The position numbers were made by a program, and so were the translations under genes. Under the pieces are notes generated by a model. The model ran no database searches and was not told the origin of the DNA. It saw only the letters and a list, made by a program, of their open reading frames with translations. Positions 25,227 through 33,706 of a DNA stretch of 64,000 nucleotides are shown in pieces. Numbering within the stretch: position 1 is the stretch's first letter; the number at the start of each line of letters is the position of its first letter. Source of the DNA: Candidatus Treponema caballi (lineage in GTDB: Bacteria > Spirochaetota > Spirochaetia > Treponematales > Treponemataceae); contig JAGHRS010000024.1 in NCBI GenBank assembly GCA_018066285.1, forward strand, positions 1,279 to 65,278, in the 5' to 3' direction.

Positions 25227-26354
25227 ATGAGACGGTTTTTTGTTGTGGTTTTTTCAGTATTATCAGTCTGCACATGTATTTCATGCAGCAATCTTTCTCT
25301 TGCAAAAAGAAATACCTCGACGGGAATTGTATTTATCCAGATACTTGATGCCTATACAACAAGTCGTAAAGCAGCACCAGTTGTCCAGGAACAGGTGGAC
25401 GTTGAGAAATACCATATAGCTGTCATTAAGGAAGAGGCAGAAGATCTTGTGTTCGAAAAGGAATACACTCCGGCAGAACTTGATGCAGGTGTATCATTAG
25501 ATTTGGATGCTGGTGTTTACAAAGTATGTATTAAGGCTTATGGCAGCGAAGGGATACTTTTTGTGGGAGAAACCGTAGAACCGTTAACTGTTACTTTGGA
25601 AAACACTCCTGAAAATCCTGCAGTCGCTGAAATCGATATGAAGATTGTTCTTGCAATCTTTGACAATGGCCTCTATGCTCCTGTCCAACAGGTTTATTTT
25701 TCGTGTCTTGAAGGGGCTATACTACCTCAGTTCTTAAGTGTTGATACGACAGATTTTCCAAATACCTGGTTCGTAGAGGGAAAGGTACTTAATGGATGGA
25801 CTGATTCAGTAAATAATACAAATTATTCAATTTCTGCGGACATAGATATTTCAGATAAGAAGTTGCCGCTCCACCTGACTGCAAACTGGGGCGAGCCGGT
25901 TGACCCGGCAGGAGGTTATGCTTCTTCGTTCTTAGATACCAAGTATTATCAGAGTTCTGATGTTCAGTGGAATTCTAAGACGGCAGAAGGTGAAACATTG
26001 AGTTTCACGGTAACCGATGGAACATTCGAGTGCAACGCGACGTGTACAGAAACGGAATTCCTTAAACTGAAATTTGTTTCACAATCCGATTCGGGTGTTA
26101 CGGTGGAAATCTGGAAATACTCCGGAGATAATGATACGGTCGGTGAAAAAGTTGGATCAACATCCTATACAATATCTGCAGTTACAAAATACGGTGTAAA
26201 GCTGTCAACACCGTTCCTTTTCACAAAGGAAGGGCTTGATCGCTATTACTCTCTGACGGAGGATGAAGGAACAAAACACATGAACAGTATTATTTTGGTA
26301 TCAGAACCGAAATCAATAGCTGCTATTGAGGATAAAATCAGTACAACTCCATAG
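25227..26354 (+). CDS. Hypothetical secreted protein or lipoprotein
   Basis: Signal-like N-terminus MRRFFVVVFSVLSVCTCISCS and SD AGGAG upstream. I recognise no family motif. It ends at a TAG after which the same frame stays open for about 50 codons. Confidence 0.6.
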   Translation: MRRFFVVVFSVLSVCTCISCSNLSLAKRNTSTGIVFIQILDAYTTSRKAAPVVQEQVDVEKYHIAVIKEEAEDLVFEKEYTPAELDAGVSLDLDAGVYKVCIKAYGSEGILFVGETVEPLTVTLENTPENPAVAEIDMKIVLAIFDNGLYAPVQQVYFSCLEGAILPQFLSVDTTDFPNTWFVEGKVLNGWTDSVNNTNYSISADIDISDKKLPLHLTANWGEPVDPAGGYASSFLDTKYYQSSDVQWNSKTAEGETLSFTVTDGTFECNATCTETEFLKLKFVSQSDSGVTVEIWKYSGDNDTVGEKVGSTSYTISAVTKYGVKLSTPFLFTKEGLDRYYSLTEDEGTKHMNSIILVSEPKSIAAIEDKISTTP

Positions 26355-26724
26355 GGCGGTGGCAGTCTTGGTGAAGTCACCCAGTTTTCAACAGGAACGG
26401 CTATTTCCACAGCTGACAATTTTCTGAGCCATATAGGTAATTGGACAGGGACCTACTATTACATTTACAAATTATACACATTGCATATTCCACGACATAG
26501 AAAGTGATGGTTTATTACAAGATTTGATAATTACCGGTGATTTCTCTGTCTATAATGATTACTATGGTATTAACGGAATTGTCTGTTTGACTAACAAAGG
26601 ACATATAACAAATTGCCATTTTACTGGTAATACTGAAGGAAATACGAGAATTTCTTGTATTTATGGTGGTGTCAGTAGTGGTGAATTACTTTCAGATCAC
26701 TTTAAGGACTGCACAAAGGCCTAA
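26355..26724 (+). pseudogene. Decayed remnant of a repeat-containing surface protein (GLUG-like motifs)
   Basis: The in-frame continuation after TAG 26352-26354 reads GGGSLGEVTQFSTGTAISTADNF.... A frameshifted piece at 26524-26724 reads GINGIVCLTNKGHITNCHFTGNTEGN. Together this gives broken frames. Confidence 0.35.
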
Positions 26725-26858
26725 GGAATTACAGTCAACCTGTTCCAAGGTTCTGACGCCCCTCTGTGATAACAGCTTGTACCTATATCCCGCCCGCAGG
26801 AGCAATCTTGGGGCGTTTTTTGTCTGGACAGGTCTGTCTTGTTGAAACCGTACCAGCA

Positions 26859-26887
26859 TTGACGGAGGTCCGCTAATTTGTTACACT
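26859..26887 (+). promoter_or_regulatory. Candidate sigma70 promoter of tRNA-CAU (TTGACG-N17-TACACT)
   Basis: -35 at 26859-26864 and -10 at 26882-26887. The tRNA 5' end lies 15 nt downstream of the -10. Confidence 0.45.
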
Positions 26888-26901
26888 TTACAAGTTAATT
26901 C

Positions 26902-26974
26902 GGGCCACTAGCTCAGCGGTTAGAGCAGAGGACTCATAATCCTTTGGTCCCCGGTTCAAATCCAGGGTGGCCCA
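26902..26974 (+). tRNA. tRNA with anticodon CAT (elongator Met or lysidine-type Ile2)
   Basis: Hand-folded cloverleaf: acceptor GGGCCAC/GTGGCCC, D arm GCTC-AGCGGTTA-GAGC, anticodon loop CTCATAA, variable TGGTC, T loop TTCAAAT. The T stem has one C:A mismatch. No encoded CCA. The D-loop and variable-loop pattern resembles Ile2-type tRNAs. Confidence 0.9.
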
Positions 26975-27016
26975 GAAAAGCTTCCAGCGCAACGCTGGAA
27001 GCTTTTTTTATGCCTT
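26958..27016 (+). repeat. Direct repeat, left copy (tRNA T-loop/acceptor 3' strand plus terminator)
   Basis: 59/59 identical to 27638-27696 by block-wise hand comparison. Confidence 0.95.
26977..27009 (+). terminator. Rho-independent terminator of the tRNA
   Basis: 13-bp stem AAAGCTTCCAGCG-CAA-CGCTGGAAGCTTT followed by a T-run. Confidence 0.8.
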
Positions 27017-27081
27017 GTTGCCTTTAAATCCGCCAGAGCTAAAAAGTGACGCTGTACAAAAATCATGGTATATTAACTGTA

Positions 27082-27411
27082 ATGAATACACTAAAAATTG
27101 CTGATATTCAAAAAGCCTGCTCTGAACACAAAATTGTTTGGACGAACCACATTCTCATCAGGTTATTGCAAAGAGGAATCTTGCAACAGGATGTAGAGAA
27201 TGCGATAATGACAGGCGAAATCATTGAACAGTATCCAGACGATTACCCAAATCCGAGCTGTCTGATTCTTGGTGTTTCGCTGAAAGATGAAGTCATTCAT
27301 GTTGTATGTGGCCTTTGCGAAGGCACTGTGTGGATGATAACTGCATATATACCAGATTTAACACTCTGGGAAAGTGATTTTAAAACACGAAAAAATGGAG
27401 GTACAGAATAA
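27082..27411 (+). CDS. DUF4258-family protein, putative toxin
   Basis: IVWTNHILIRLLQRGI...GEIIEQYPDDYPNPSCLILG...HVVCG...WESDFKTRK matches the DUF4258 pattern. I prefer ATG 27082. An extended -10, TGGTATATT, lies 7 nt upstream. Confidence 0.75.
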   Translation: MNTLKIADIQKACSEHKIVWTNHILIRLLQRGILQQDVENAIMTGEIIEQYPDDYPNPSCLILGVSLKDEVIHVVCGLCEGTVWMITAYIPDLTLWESDFKTRKNGGTE

Positions 27412-27638
27412 TGACATGTTTCATGTGTAAGGGAAAAAACGTTGAAGATACAACAACGTTCATGTGCGATTTAGGAAATTGCATCGTAATTATAAAGAAT
27501 GTACCTTGTTTCAGATGTACACAGTGTGGAGAAATCTCTTATTCTGATGAAGTCTCAAAGAATATCCAGAAGATTATCGAAAAACTCAGAAAATCGATTA
27601 CGGATATTGCGGTGACAGATTACAAACTTGCCGCCTGA
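27411..27638 (+). CDS. YgiT/MqsA-type zinc-finger protein, putative antitoxin
   Basis: CFMCKG...VPCFRCTQCGE forms two CxxC pairs in 75 aa. ATGA-type overlap with the upstream gene (TAATG at 27409-27413). Confidence 0.75.
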   Translation: MTCFMCKGKNVEDTTTFMCDLGNCIVIIKNVPCFRCTQCGEISYSDEVSKNIQKIIEKLRKSITDIAVTDYKLAA

Positions 27639-27696
27639 AATCCAGGGTGGCCCAGAAAAGCTTCCAGCGCAACGCTGGAAGCTTTTTTTATGCCTT
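27638..27696 (+). repeat. Direct repeat, right copy (orphan tRNA 3' end plus terminator)
   Basis: 59/59 identical to 26958-27016. It begins at the last base of the antitoxin stop codon. Confidence 0.95.
27657..27689 (+). terminator. Duplicate copy of the tRNA terminator hairpin
   Basis: Same 13-bp stem as 26977-27009. It could terminate the TA cassette and, in reverse, the convergent membrane gene. Confidence 0.7.
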
Positions 27697-27718
27697 CGGG
27701 GCAGGCGCCCCTTTTGCA

Positions 27719-28369
27719 TCAGATGATTCCGAGTGGAATCAGGATGGCGAGCAGGAGCACATCCAGGCCGATCATGGTAATCAGGAAGCCTTTCTGGAAT
27801 TTGGGGCTTGCGGCGGGGACGAGGTTGCTGGCCAGGAAGAACGGGATGTACGTGGTGATGAAGACCGGGATTGCGCCCCACCACTTGTAGACCCAGATGA
27901 ATGCCGGTGTCCAGGCGAGGAAGATTTCGAACAGGCTGAACATGAGTGCCATGCCGAGCGCGCCGACGAGTTTGCAGTCCAGGCCTTTTCTGCCGTTTTT
28001 GGCGAGGTAGCGGGTGTTGGTGTCATCCGGGAGCATTTTCCAGCTGATGATGCCCGCGATTGAGAACATCATTGACAGTTCCCAGGAAACGCCGATGAGC
28101 AGTACGAATGTGGTGCTTTCGTTGGTGACGGTCCAGAGCGGGTAGCCTGCGAAGTGGCGGATGACCGCGTTCATGATTTCGTAGAACCAGTGCACGGAAT
28201 AGAGTGAGAATCCGGCGACGATGGCCTTCCAGTTCTTATTTTTCGCCTCTGTCCAGTAGATGTAGAACACTACGGCGAGCAGGGCGATGAACGTCCAGTT
28301 GAAATTGGCCGGGTCGCGTACCTTTACGGCATCCACGAGCGGCTTATTTGCGGGATCTCCAAACAGCAT
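27719..28369 (-). CDS. Hypothetical polytopic membrane protein
   Basis: 216 aa with about 6 hydrophobic segments. SD GGAGG lies 5 nt upstream of ATG 28369. Preferred over the antisense ORF 27647-28063. Confidence 0.6.
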   Translation of the reverse strand: MLFGDPANKPLVDAVKVRDPANFNWTFIALLAVVFYIYWTEAKNKNWKAIVAGFSLYSVHWFYEIMNAVIRHFAGYPLWTVTNESTTFVLLIGVSWELSMMFSIAGIISWKMLPDDTNTRYLAKNGRKGLDCKLVGALGMALMFSLFEIFLAWTPAFIWVYKWWGAIPVFITTYIPFFLASNLVPAASPKFQKGFLITMIGLDVLLLAILIPLGII

Positions 28370-28481
28370 GATTTCCTCCTTCAGCTGCCTTCTGCGTTTC
28401 AGTAAGCCTGAACGGGTGCTCTTCCGTAAGCGGATGAGCCGGCAGCACTTTCCCTATAAGAAAAGTGTACCACGGATATGC

Positions 28482-28838
28482 TCAGGCCGCCACCTTTTGA
28501 ATGAACCCGTAGCTTTCAAAAAGCCGGCGGATGATGCGGTGGTACACGGGCAGGGCAGCCCAGATTAAGCCGAGGGAAAGTGGTAATGTGAACACAAACG
28601 CAAGGGCTGAGTTTGAAAACACGCTGATTCCGAAATATGGACGGTTCATATCCGGCAAGGCTGTTATAAAGCCGATGATAAACGGAAGCAATAATCCTGT
28701 TACCATGAAGCTTATGGATGTGCGCATAGCCCGTTTCTGGGTGGATTTGTACACATCCGTCTGCATGAAATCTTTAACTGAAAGCGCATACTCAAACTGC
28801 TGAGCGTCTTTTCCTGACATTTTACCTGATTTGTTCAT
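28482..28838 (-). CDS. Hypothetical small membrane protein
   Basis: Start set at ATG 28838 (MNKSGKMSGK...), preceded by AAGGAGA. Two or three TM segments. Confidence 0.55.
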   Translation of the reverse strand: MNKSGKMSGKDAQQFEYALSVKDFMQTDVYKSTQKRAMRTSISFMVTGLLLPFIIGFITALPDMNRPYFGISVFSNSALAFVFTLPLSLGLIWAALPVYHRIIRRLFESYGFIQKVAA

Positions 28839-29000
28839 CACGTTCTCCTTGGGCCCCGTATCAGCGGCGGCTTCTCTTACTGTTATTCCCCATCCCATGA
28901 TTTGAGTATCGTCGGGTTAGTGAGACACCGAATGTCCCGCTGAAAAAAGTTTTCATTTTTTCCTGCAGTTCTATAACTCCAGAATCTGTAGCTATTTTTC

Positions 29001-29029
29001 TTGCCAAATTCTGTTTTCTTACATAGAAT
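29001..29029 (+). promoter_or_regulatory. Candidate sigma70 promoter TTGCCA-N17-TAGAAT of the C92-amidase/HD-GYP operon
   Basis: -35 at 29001-29006 (this is the ORF-track TTG start) and -10 at 29024-29029. ATG at 29052. Confidence 0.5.
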
Positions 29030-29051
29030 GTATAAAAGGGTCTGTTTTATC

Positions 29052-30047
29052 ATGAAAAAATGTAACTCTGCAGAAACTGTCATCAGCCTTAAAGACGTGA
29101 AAGATGGAGACATCGTTTTATATGAACTGAAAGAGGAGCCCTCTTTCGTTAAGCCGATTAAAGACAATCTGGAAACAAATTTCTATGTACTGATAGATAA
29201 GCTCATCTGCTTTGCAGAAGGCTCACATATTACCCATGCGGCCATGGTCTATGACTCGGACAAAGTCGTTGAAGCCACCATTCCTGCTGTCAGGATCGGG
29301 TCTCATATTGCAAACGACGATTACCGTCTTCATATCAGACGTGTCCGGAACGGCATAGATGGTTCAGTTGTCCTTAAGTATCTGCCACAGACCATTCCTG
29401 AAATTGAGGCGGATGGCGAATCTTACGCGATGATGATGGCTGTCGTTGCGGGTGTTTCGTGTCTTGTTAAGGCAAAAGTCAGGGAAAACGAAAACCTTGG
29501 GGCACTTGCTACAATCATACGATACGTTTTGTACAAGGTTGCCAGCTATCTGGACAACAAGAAACTGCCGTATTCTAACGGAGATGACAACTGGTTCTGT
29601 TCTCAGCTCGTCTATTATACGTACACGACGGCAGCCGCAAAGATACCGGAACCGGCGTTCGACATTGCCCTTCCAGACACATCAACACCGATTGCCGATA
29701 CGCTCATCCATAAGCTCGTCAGCAGAACGAATGCGCGTTTCCTGGGGGATGAGAGCGTTCTCCTGAAAAAGCCGGCTGCTGAAGACGAGGTCTATGCGCT
29801 GGCAGAAGACTTCTTCAATCCGGATAAGTCAGGTGAAAAAAAGAATGCTGTTTGCGGTGAAAAGGCAGGAAGCCTTTCTGCAGAGGATGCGTCGTTCTTC
29901 CTTACTTTCATAAACAAGCTCTGCAATAACAAATTTGATTTTTCAGATATTGAAAAGGAACTGATAAAGTTCCAAAGCGCATTTGTTATGCCGTCAGATC
30001 TGAGAAATTGTCTTGATGAAGGATATCTGGTTTCAGATGAAGAATAA
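29052..30047 (+). CDS. Permuted papain-fold (YiiX/YaeF, peptidase C92-like) amidase-domain protein
   Basis: GDIVLYE...GSHITHAAMVY..VVEA followed much later by WFCSQLVYYTY. This is the His-before-Cys order typical of the permuted NlpC/P60-like family. Confidence 0.55.
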   Translation: MKKCNSAETVISLKDVKDGDIVLYELKEEPSFVKPIKDNLETNFYVLIDKLICFAEGSHITHAAMVYDSDKVVEATIPAVRIGSHIANDDYRLHIRRVRNGIDGSVVLKYLPQTIPEIEADGESYAMMMAVVAGVSCLVKAKVRENENLGALATIIRYVLYKVASYLDNKKLPYSNGDDNWFCSQLVYYTYTTAAAKIPEPAFDIALPDTSTPIADTLIHKLVSRTNARFLGDESVLLKKPAAEDEVYALAEDFFNPDKSGEKKNAVCGEKAGSLSAEDASFFLTFINKLCNNKFDFSDIEKELIKFQSAFVMPSDLRNCLDEGYLVSDEE

Positions 30048-31398
30048 ACTGCTTGAAAGAGTCAGGGACTATTTTTATATTCCTCCGAAAGCAAAACTTG
30101 AAATTTCCAAAAAGAACATAAAGATATGCACTATTGCGGTTTATTGTCTTCTTGTGTTCGGGGTTGTTTTTTTACTCAGGGAATATCTTGTATTCTATCC
30201 GGATTATGGATTCATTTACTTGTTGTATTATGCTTCCTTTATCTTTACCAGCGTGCTGTTTCTTGTAATCTCCCGTATTAATAAGAAGAAAGAGAACTAT
30301 TACATAAATCAGGCATTGATTATCCTGACGTGTTCGTTTGTCTGCCTTCTGATGTATTTGAACATTGTGGATGGTCTCGATATTCCGCATGTTGTTAATT
30401 TCTATTTTGCAATTGTCGTAATGATATTGACTTTTGAACTGACCCCTTTTTTCTATACAATCGCCATTATCATTTTTTGTATCGAAGCGTTCTATTTTGA
30501 TTCTATCTCTCCAGATTTCAATATGTTCTTTCAGGTGAACAACGGACTTTTCTGTTCAGCACTTATCTTCTTTTCTTTCTACAAAAGGAGAATGATTTCC
30601 GTACGAGAAAAAAACAGACAGGAAATCGAAGATAAGAACCGACAGCTCAGTGTTCAGATTATTGAACTGTCACATCAGACAGGTTCACTGCTTATCAATA
30701 CGAAAAACCTTGAAAATGCTGCATTCAACCAGTCTCAGGCTTTGCAGTTGCAGAAGGAACGTATCATCGGAATTCAGAACAACACAATCATGAGCCTTTC
30801 CAACCTTGTTGAAAACCGTGATGAAGATACAGGTGACCATGTTCTTCGTACTAGGGATTATGTTCGGTTGATTGTGACAAGCGCATACCTGACAGGTGAT
30901 TTTCCGGAACTGAATGAAGGGTCTATAGAACTGTTCATAAAGGCAGCTCCAATGCATGATATTGGAAAAATTGTTGTTCCGGATGCGATTTTGAAGAAGC
31001 CGGGAAAGCTTACGCCTGAAGAATTTGAGCTTATAAAGCTTCATACGACAAAAGGCGGAAAGATTGTCAGTGATGTCCTCGGCAACGCTGAAGATGAAGA
31101 ATATGTAAGAACGGCAAAAGAAATTGCTACATATCATCACGAAAAATACGATGGATCAGGGTATCCTTATGGATTGAAGGGAGAAGAGATTCCATTATCA
31201 GCCCGCGTCATGGCGATTGCTGATGTGTTTGATGCACTTGTGTCTCCGCGTTGTTATAAAGAACCGATGCCTGAAGAAAAAGCATTCAGCATCATTAAGG
31301 AATCTGCCGGAACACATTTTGATCCGGAGCTTGTCTCTCTCTTCCTGGAAGCAAAGGATGAAATCATAGAAATAAAGAACAGGTATTATGAAAAGTAA
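30037..31398 (+). CDS. Membrane-anchored HD-GYP domain protein (c-di-GMP phosphodiesterase family), paralog 1
   Basis: About 6 TM segments, a coiled coil, then HDIGKIVVP, YHHEKYDGSGYPYGLKG and IADVFDAL. The start is set by alignment with paralog 2 (MKNKLLERVRDYFYIP versus MKSKLIDRIKEYFYIP). Confidence 0.85.
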   Translation: MKNKLLERVRDYFYIPPKAKLEISKKNIKICTIAVYCLLVFGVVFLLREYLVFYPDYGFIYLLYYASFIFTSVLFLVISRINKKKENYYINQALIILTCSFVCLLMYLNIVDGLDIPHVVNFYFAIVVMILTFELTPFFYTIAIIIFCIEAFYFDSISPDFNMFFQVNNGLFCSALIFFSFYKRRMISVREKNRQEIEDKNRQLSVQIIELSHQTGSLLINTKNLENAAFNQSQALQLQKERIIGIQNNTIMSLSNLVENRDEDTGDHVLRTRDYVRLIVTSAYLTGDFPELNEGSIELFIKAAPMHDIGKIVVPDAILKKPGKLTPEEFELIKLHTTKGGKIVSDVLGNAEDEEYVRTAKEIATYHHEKYDGSGYPYGLKGEEIPLSARVMAIADVFDALVSPRCYKEPMPEEKAFSIIKESAGTHFDPELVSLFLEAKDEIIEIKNRYYEK

Positions 31399-32743
31399 GC
31401 TTATAGACAGAATAAAGGAATATTTCTATATTCCTGCTGAAAAAAAACTTGATATTTCCAAAAGCAACCTTAAACTTTGCGAATTTGCTATAATTTTCCT
31501 CTTTATTCTGGGAATTTCCGGATTTATTATAGAGTTGACAAGGTACTATCCCTATAGAATTGACCATTTTACCTATTATGGCCTTTATCTTGTTATAAGT
31601 GTATTGTACCTGCTTGTTTCTCATTTTACTAAAAAGAAGAACAGTTACAAAGTGAACCAGACAGTGATTCTTTTTTCGTGTACTTTCATTATCCTGCTGA
31701 TTCTCTATTTCATTTCAAATGATATAAACATCAGTCATGTTTTAATGTTTTATTTTGCAATCGTTATAATGATTATTACGTTCAATATTACACCGATTTT
31801 TTATACCATAGCACTCGTATCGTTCCTTTTTGAAGTGGACATCTTCAGTTCGAATATCGGAGAAAGCAGAATTGCCCTGATAGTAAACAACAGCCTCTTC
31901 TGCATAGCCCTCATGTTCTTCTCTTTCTACAAGCGCAGGCTTTTATCTGTCCGTGAGAAGAACAAGCTTGAGATTGAAAAACAGAACCGTCTGCTTCGTG
32001 AGCAGAATGAAGAATTGAATCGGCAGAAAAGTTCACTGCTTATCAGTAAGCAATATCTTGAGAATACTGTTTTCAATCAGTCGCAGGAATTGCAGGCACA
32101 GAAAGAGCATCTCATCAACATTCAGAACAGTACCATCATAAGCCTTTCCAACCTTGCAGAAAACCGAGATGAAGATGCAGGTGATCATATCCTGCGTACG
32201 AGGGATTATGTCCGGCTGATTGCTATAAAAGCCAGGCAGACAGGTCTCTATCCTGAGCTTAGTGAGCCGGTGATTAATCTTTATGTAAAAGCAGCCCCCA
32301 TGCACGACATTGGAAAAATCGCTATATCTGATGAAGTCCTGAAAAAGCCGGGAAAGCTTTCAGCTGAAGAGTATGAGCAGATTAAGCTTCATACAGTAAA
32401 GGGTGGCAAAATCGTAAAGGATGTCCTTGGTTCCGGTGAAGATGAGGACTATGTAACAATCGCAAAAGATATTGCAATGTATCATCATGAAAATTATGAC
32501 GGTACAGGATATCCTGAAGGATTGAAAGGAGATGACATCCCTCTGCCGGCACGAATTATGGCTATTGCGGCTGTATTCGATGCGCTCGTTTCACCCAGGG
32601 TTTACAAGGAGCCGATTCCGCTTGAAGAGGCATTCAATGACATTGAAAAAGCAGCGGGAACCCGGTTTGATCCTGAGCTTGTTGCCCTGTTCCTTGATTC
32701 AAAAGATGAAGTCATTGAAATACTGAATAAGTATCAGAAATGA
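31388..32743 (+). CDS. Membrane-anchored HD-GYP domain protein, paralog 2
   Basis: Same architecture as paralog 1 and roughly 60 percent identical by eye. HDIGKIAIS, YHHENYDGTGYPEGLKG, and IAAVFDAL with Ala in place of the first Asp. Confidence 0.85.
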   Translation: MKSKLIDRIKEYFYIPAEKKLDISKSNLKLCEFAIIFLFILGISGFIIELTRYYPYRIDHFTYYGLYLVISVLYLLVSHFTKKKNSYKVNQTVILFSCTFIILLILYFISNDINISHVLMFYFAIVIMIITFNITPIFYTIALVSFLFEVDIFSSNIGESRIALIVNNSLFCIALMFFSFYKRRLLSVREKNKLEIEKQNRLLREQNEELNRQKSSLLISKQYLENTVFNQSQELQAQKEHLINIQNSTIISLSNLAENRDEDAGDHILRTRDYVRLIAIKARQTGLYPELSEPVINLYVKAAPMHDIGKIAISDEVLKKPGKLSAEEYEQIKLHTVKGGKIVKDVLGSGEDEDYVTIAKDIAMYHHENYDGTGYPEGLKGDDIPLPARIMAIAAVFDALVSPRVYKEPIPLEEAFNDIEKAAGTRFDPELVALFLDSKDEVIEILNKYQK

Positions 32744-32821
32744 CTGAACAAGTGGTATACTTATCACATGGAAAAGCAGCACATTTATTGAAAGGGCATT
32801 TTGCGCCCACGGAGGTTGCAC

Positions 32822-33643
32822 ATGGAAGAAGAGACACTTGCTAAAATAGCGCGCTTACAGGAAATCATCGACGAATCAGAGAAGATCGTCTTTTTTGGCG
32901 GAGCGGGAGTTTCCACGGAAAGCGGTATTCCCGATTTCAGAAGCACCAGTGGTCTGTATAATCAGGAGTGGTCATATCCGCCTGAGACGATTATCAGCCG
33001 CACGTTCTTTGAGCGCAAAACGCCGGAGTTCTACCGCTTTTACCGTGCAAAAATCCTGCTGGAAGGAGCCGCGCCTAACAAAGCACACTTAAAGCTGGCT
33101 GAGTTTGAAAAAGCTGGAAAACTGACCGCAGTAGTCACGCAGAACATAGACGGCCTTCATCAGGCGGCGGGCAGTAAGAAAGTGTACGAGCTTCACGGCA
33201 GCATACTGCGTAACTACTGCCGTAAGTGCCACGCGTTCTATGACGGCGACTACGTCCGCTCCTGGATTGATGCTGCTGCCGCGAAAACGAGGCTTACGCC
33301 TGAGCAGTTCAGCTCACCGGAAGCAGGAAGCCGCTGGCCTGAAGAATGCGTTCCGCGCTGTGAAAAGCCGGGATGTGGCGGCGTCGTAAAGCCTGATGTC
33401 GTTTTGTACGAGGAAGGCCTTGATGACGACATAATCACCGGAGCCGTGCGCGCCATCGCAGAAGCCGACACGCTGATTATTGGCGGCACATCGCTCGTCG
33501 TGTATCCGGCGGCGGGGCTCATCAACTACTTCCGGGGCAAGCATCTCGTGCTCATCAACAAGTCATCGACAGCAGCCGACTCTATGGCCGAGCTCGTCAT
33601 AAACGACAGCATCGGCGAAGTGCTCGGCGAGATTAAATGCTGA
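32822..33643 (+). CDS. cobB: NAD-dependent protein deacylase, Sir2/CobB family
   Basis: GAGVSTESGIPDFRS, QNIDGLH, and a zinc module CRKC...C..PGC with a long insert. ATG 32822 follows GGAGG. Confidence 0.9.
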   Translation: MEEETLAKIARLQEIIDESEKIVFFGGAGVSTESGIPDFRSTSGLYNQEWSYPPETIISRTFFERKTPEFYRFYRAKILLEGAAPNKAHLKLAEFEKAGKLTAVVTQNIDGLHQAAGSKKVYELHGSILRNYCRKCHAFYDGDYVRSWIDAAAAKTRLTPEQFSSPEAGSRWPEECVPRCEKPGCGGVVKPDVVLYEEGLDDDIITGAVRAIAEADTLIIGGTSLVVYPAAGLINYFRGKHLVLINKSSTAADSMAELVINDSIGEVLGEIKC

Positions 33644-33706
33644 ACGGGCCCTCTATTTGAAAAGTGAGCTCTAAATTGAGAAAACGCCCTGCTTACAAGT
33701 ACATTT

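Larger units (their letters stand above)
26958..27696 (+). mobile_element. Putative integrated mini-cassette or island remnant: TA pair bounded by att-like 59-bp direct repeats at the tRNA 3' end
   Basis: The duplication has classic tRNA-3'-end geometry. The cargo is only 621 bp (two genes) and no integrase is present in the window. Confidence 0.4.

Noticed and set aside
25118-25348. 76-aa ORF overlapping the start of the 25227 lipoprotein gene
   Set aside because: It starts inside the divergent promoter and inverted-repeat region. It is out of frame with the convincing signal-peptide ORF, and it has no SD.
27647-28063. 138-aa plus-strand ORF downstream of the right direct repeat
   Set aside because: The opposite-strand ORF 27719-28369 encodes a convincing polytopic membrane protein with a GGAGG SD. 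The plus-strand translation is charged low complexity.
32822-33643. Sir2-domain protein as a possible Thoeris/defence-type SIR2 effector
   Set aside because: It has the CobB-type layout (GAGVSTESGIPDFRS, QNIDGLH, Cys4 zinc module). There is no SLOG, TIR or other defence partner nearby. It sits among housekeeping genes.
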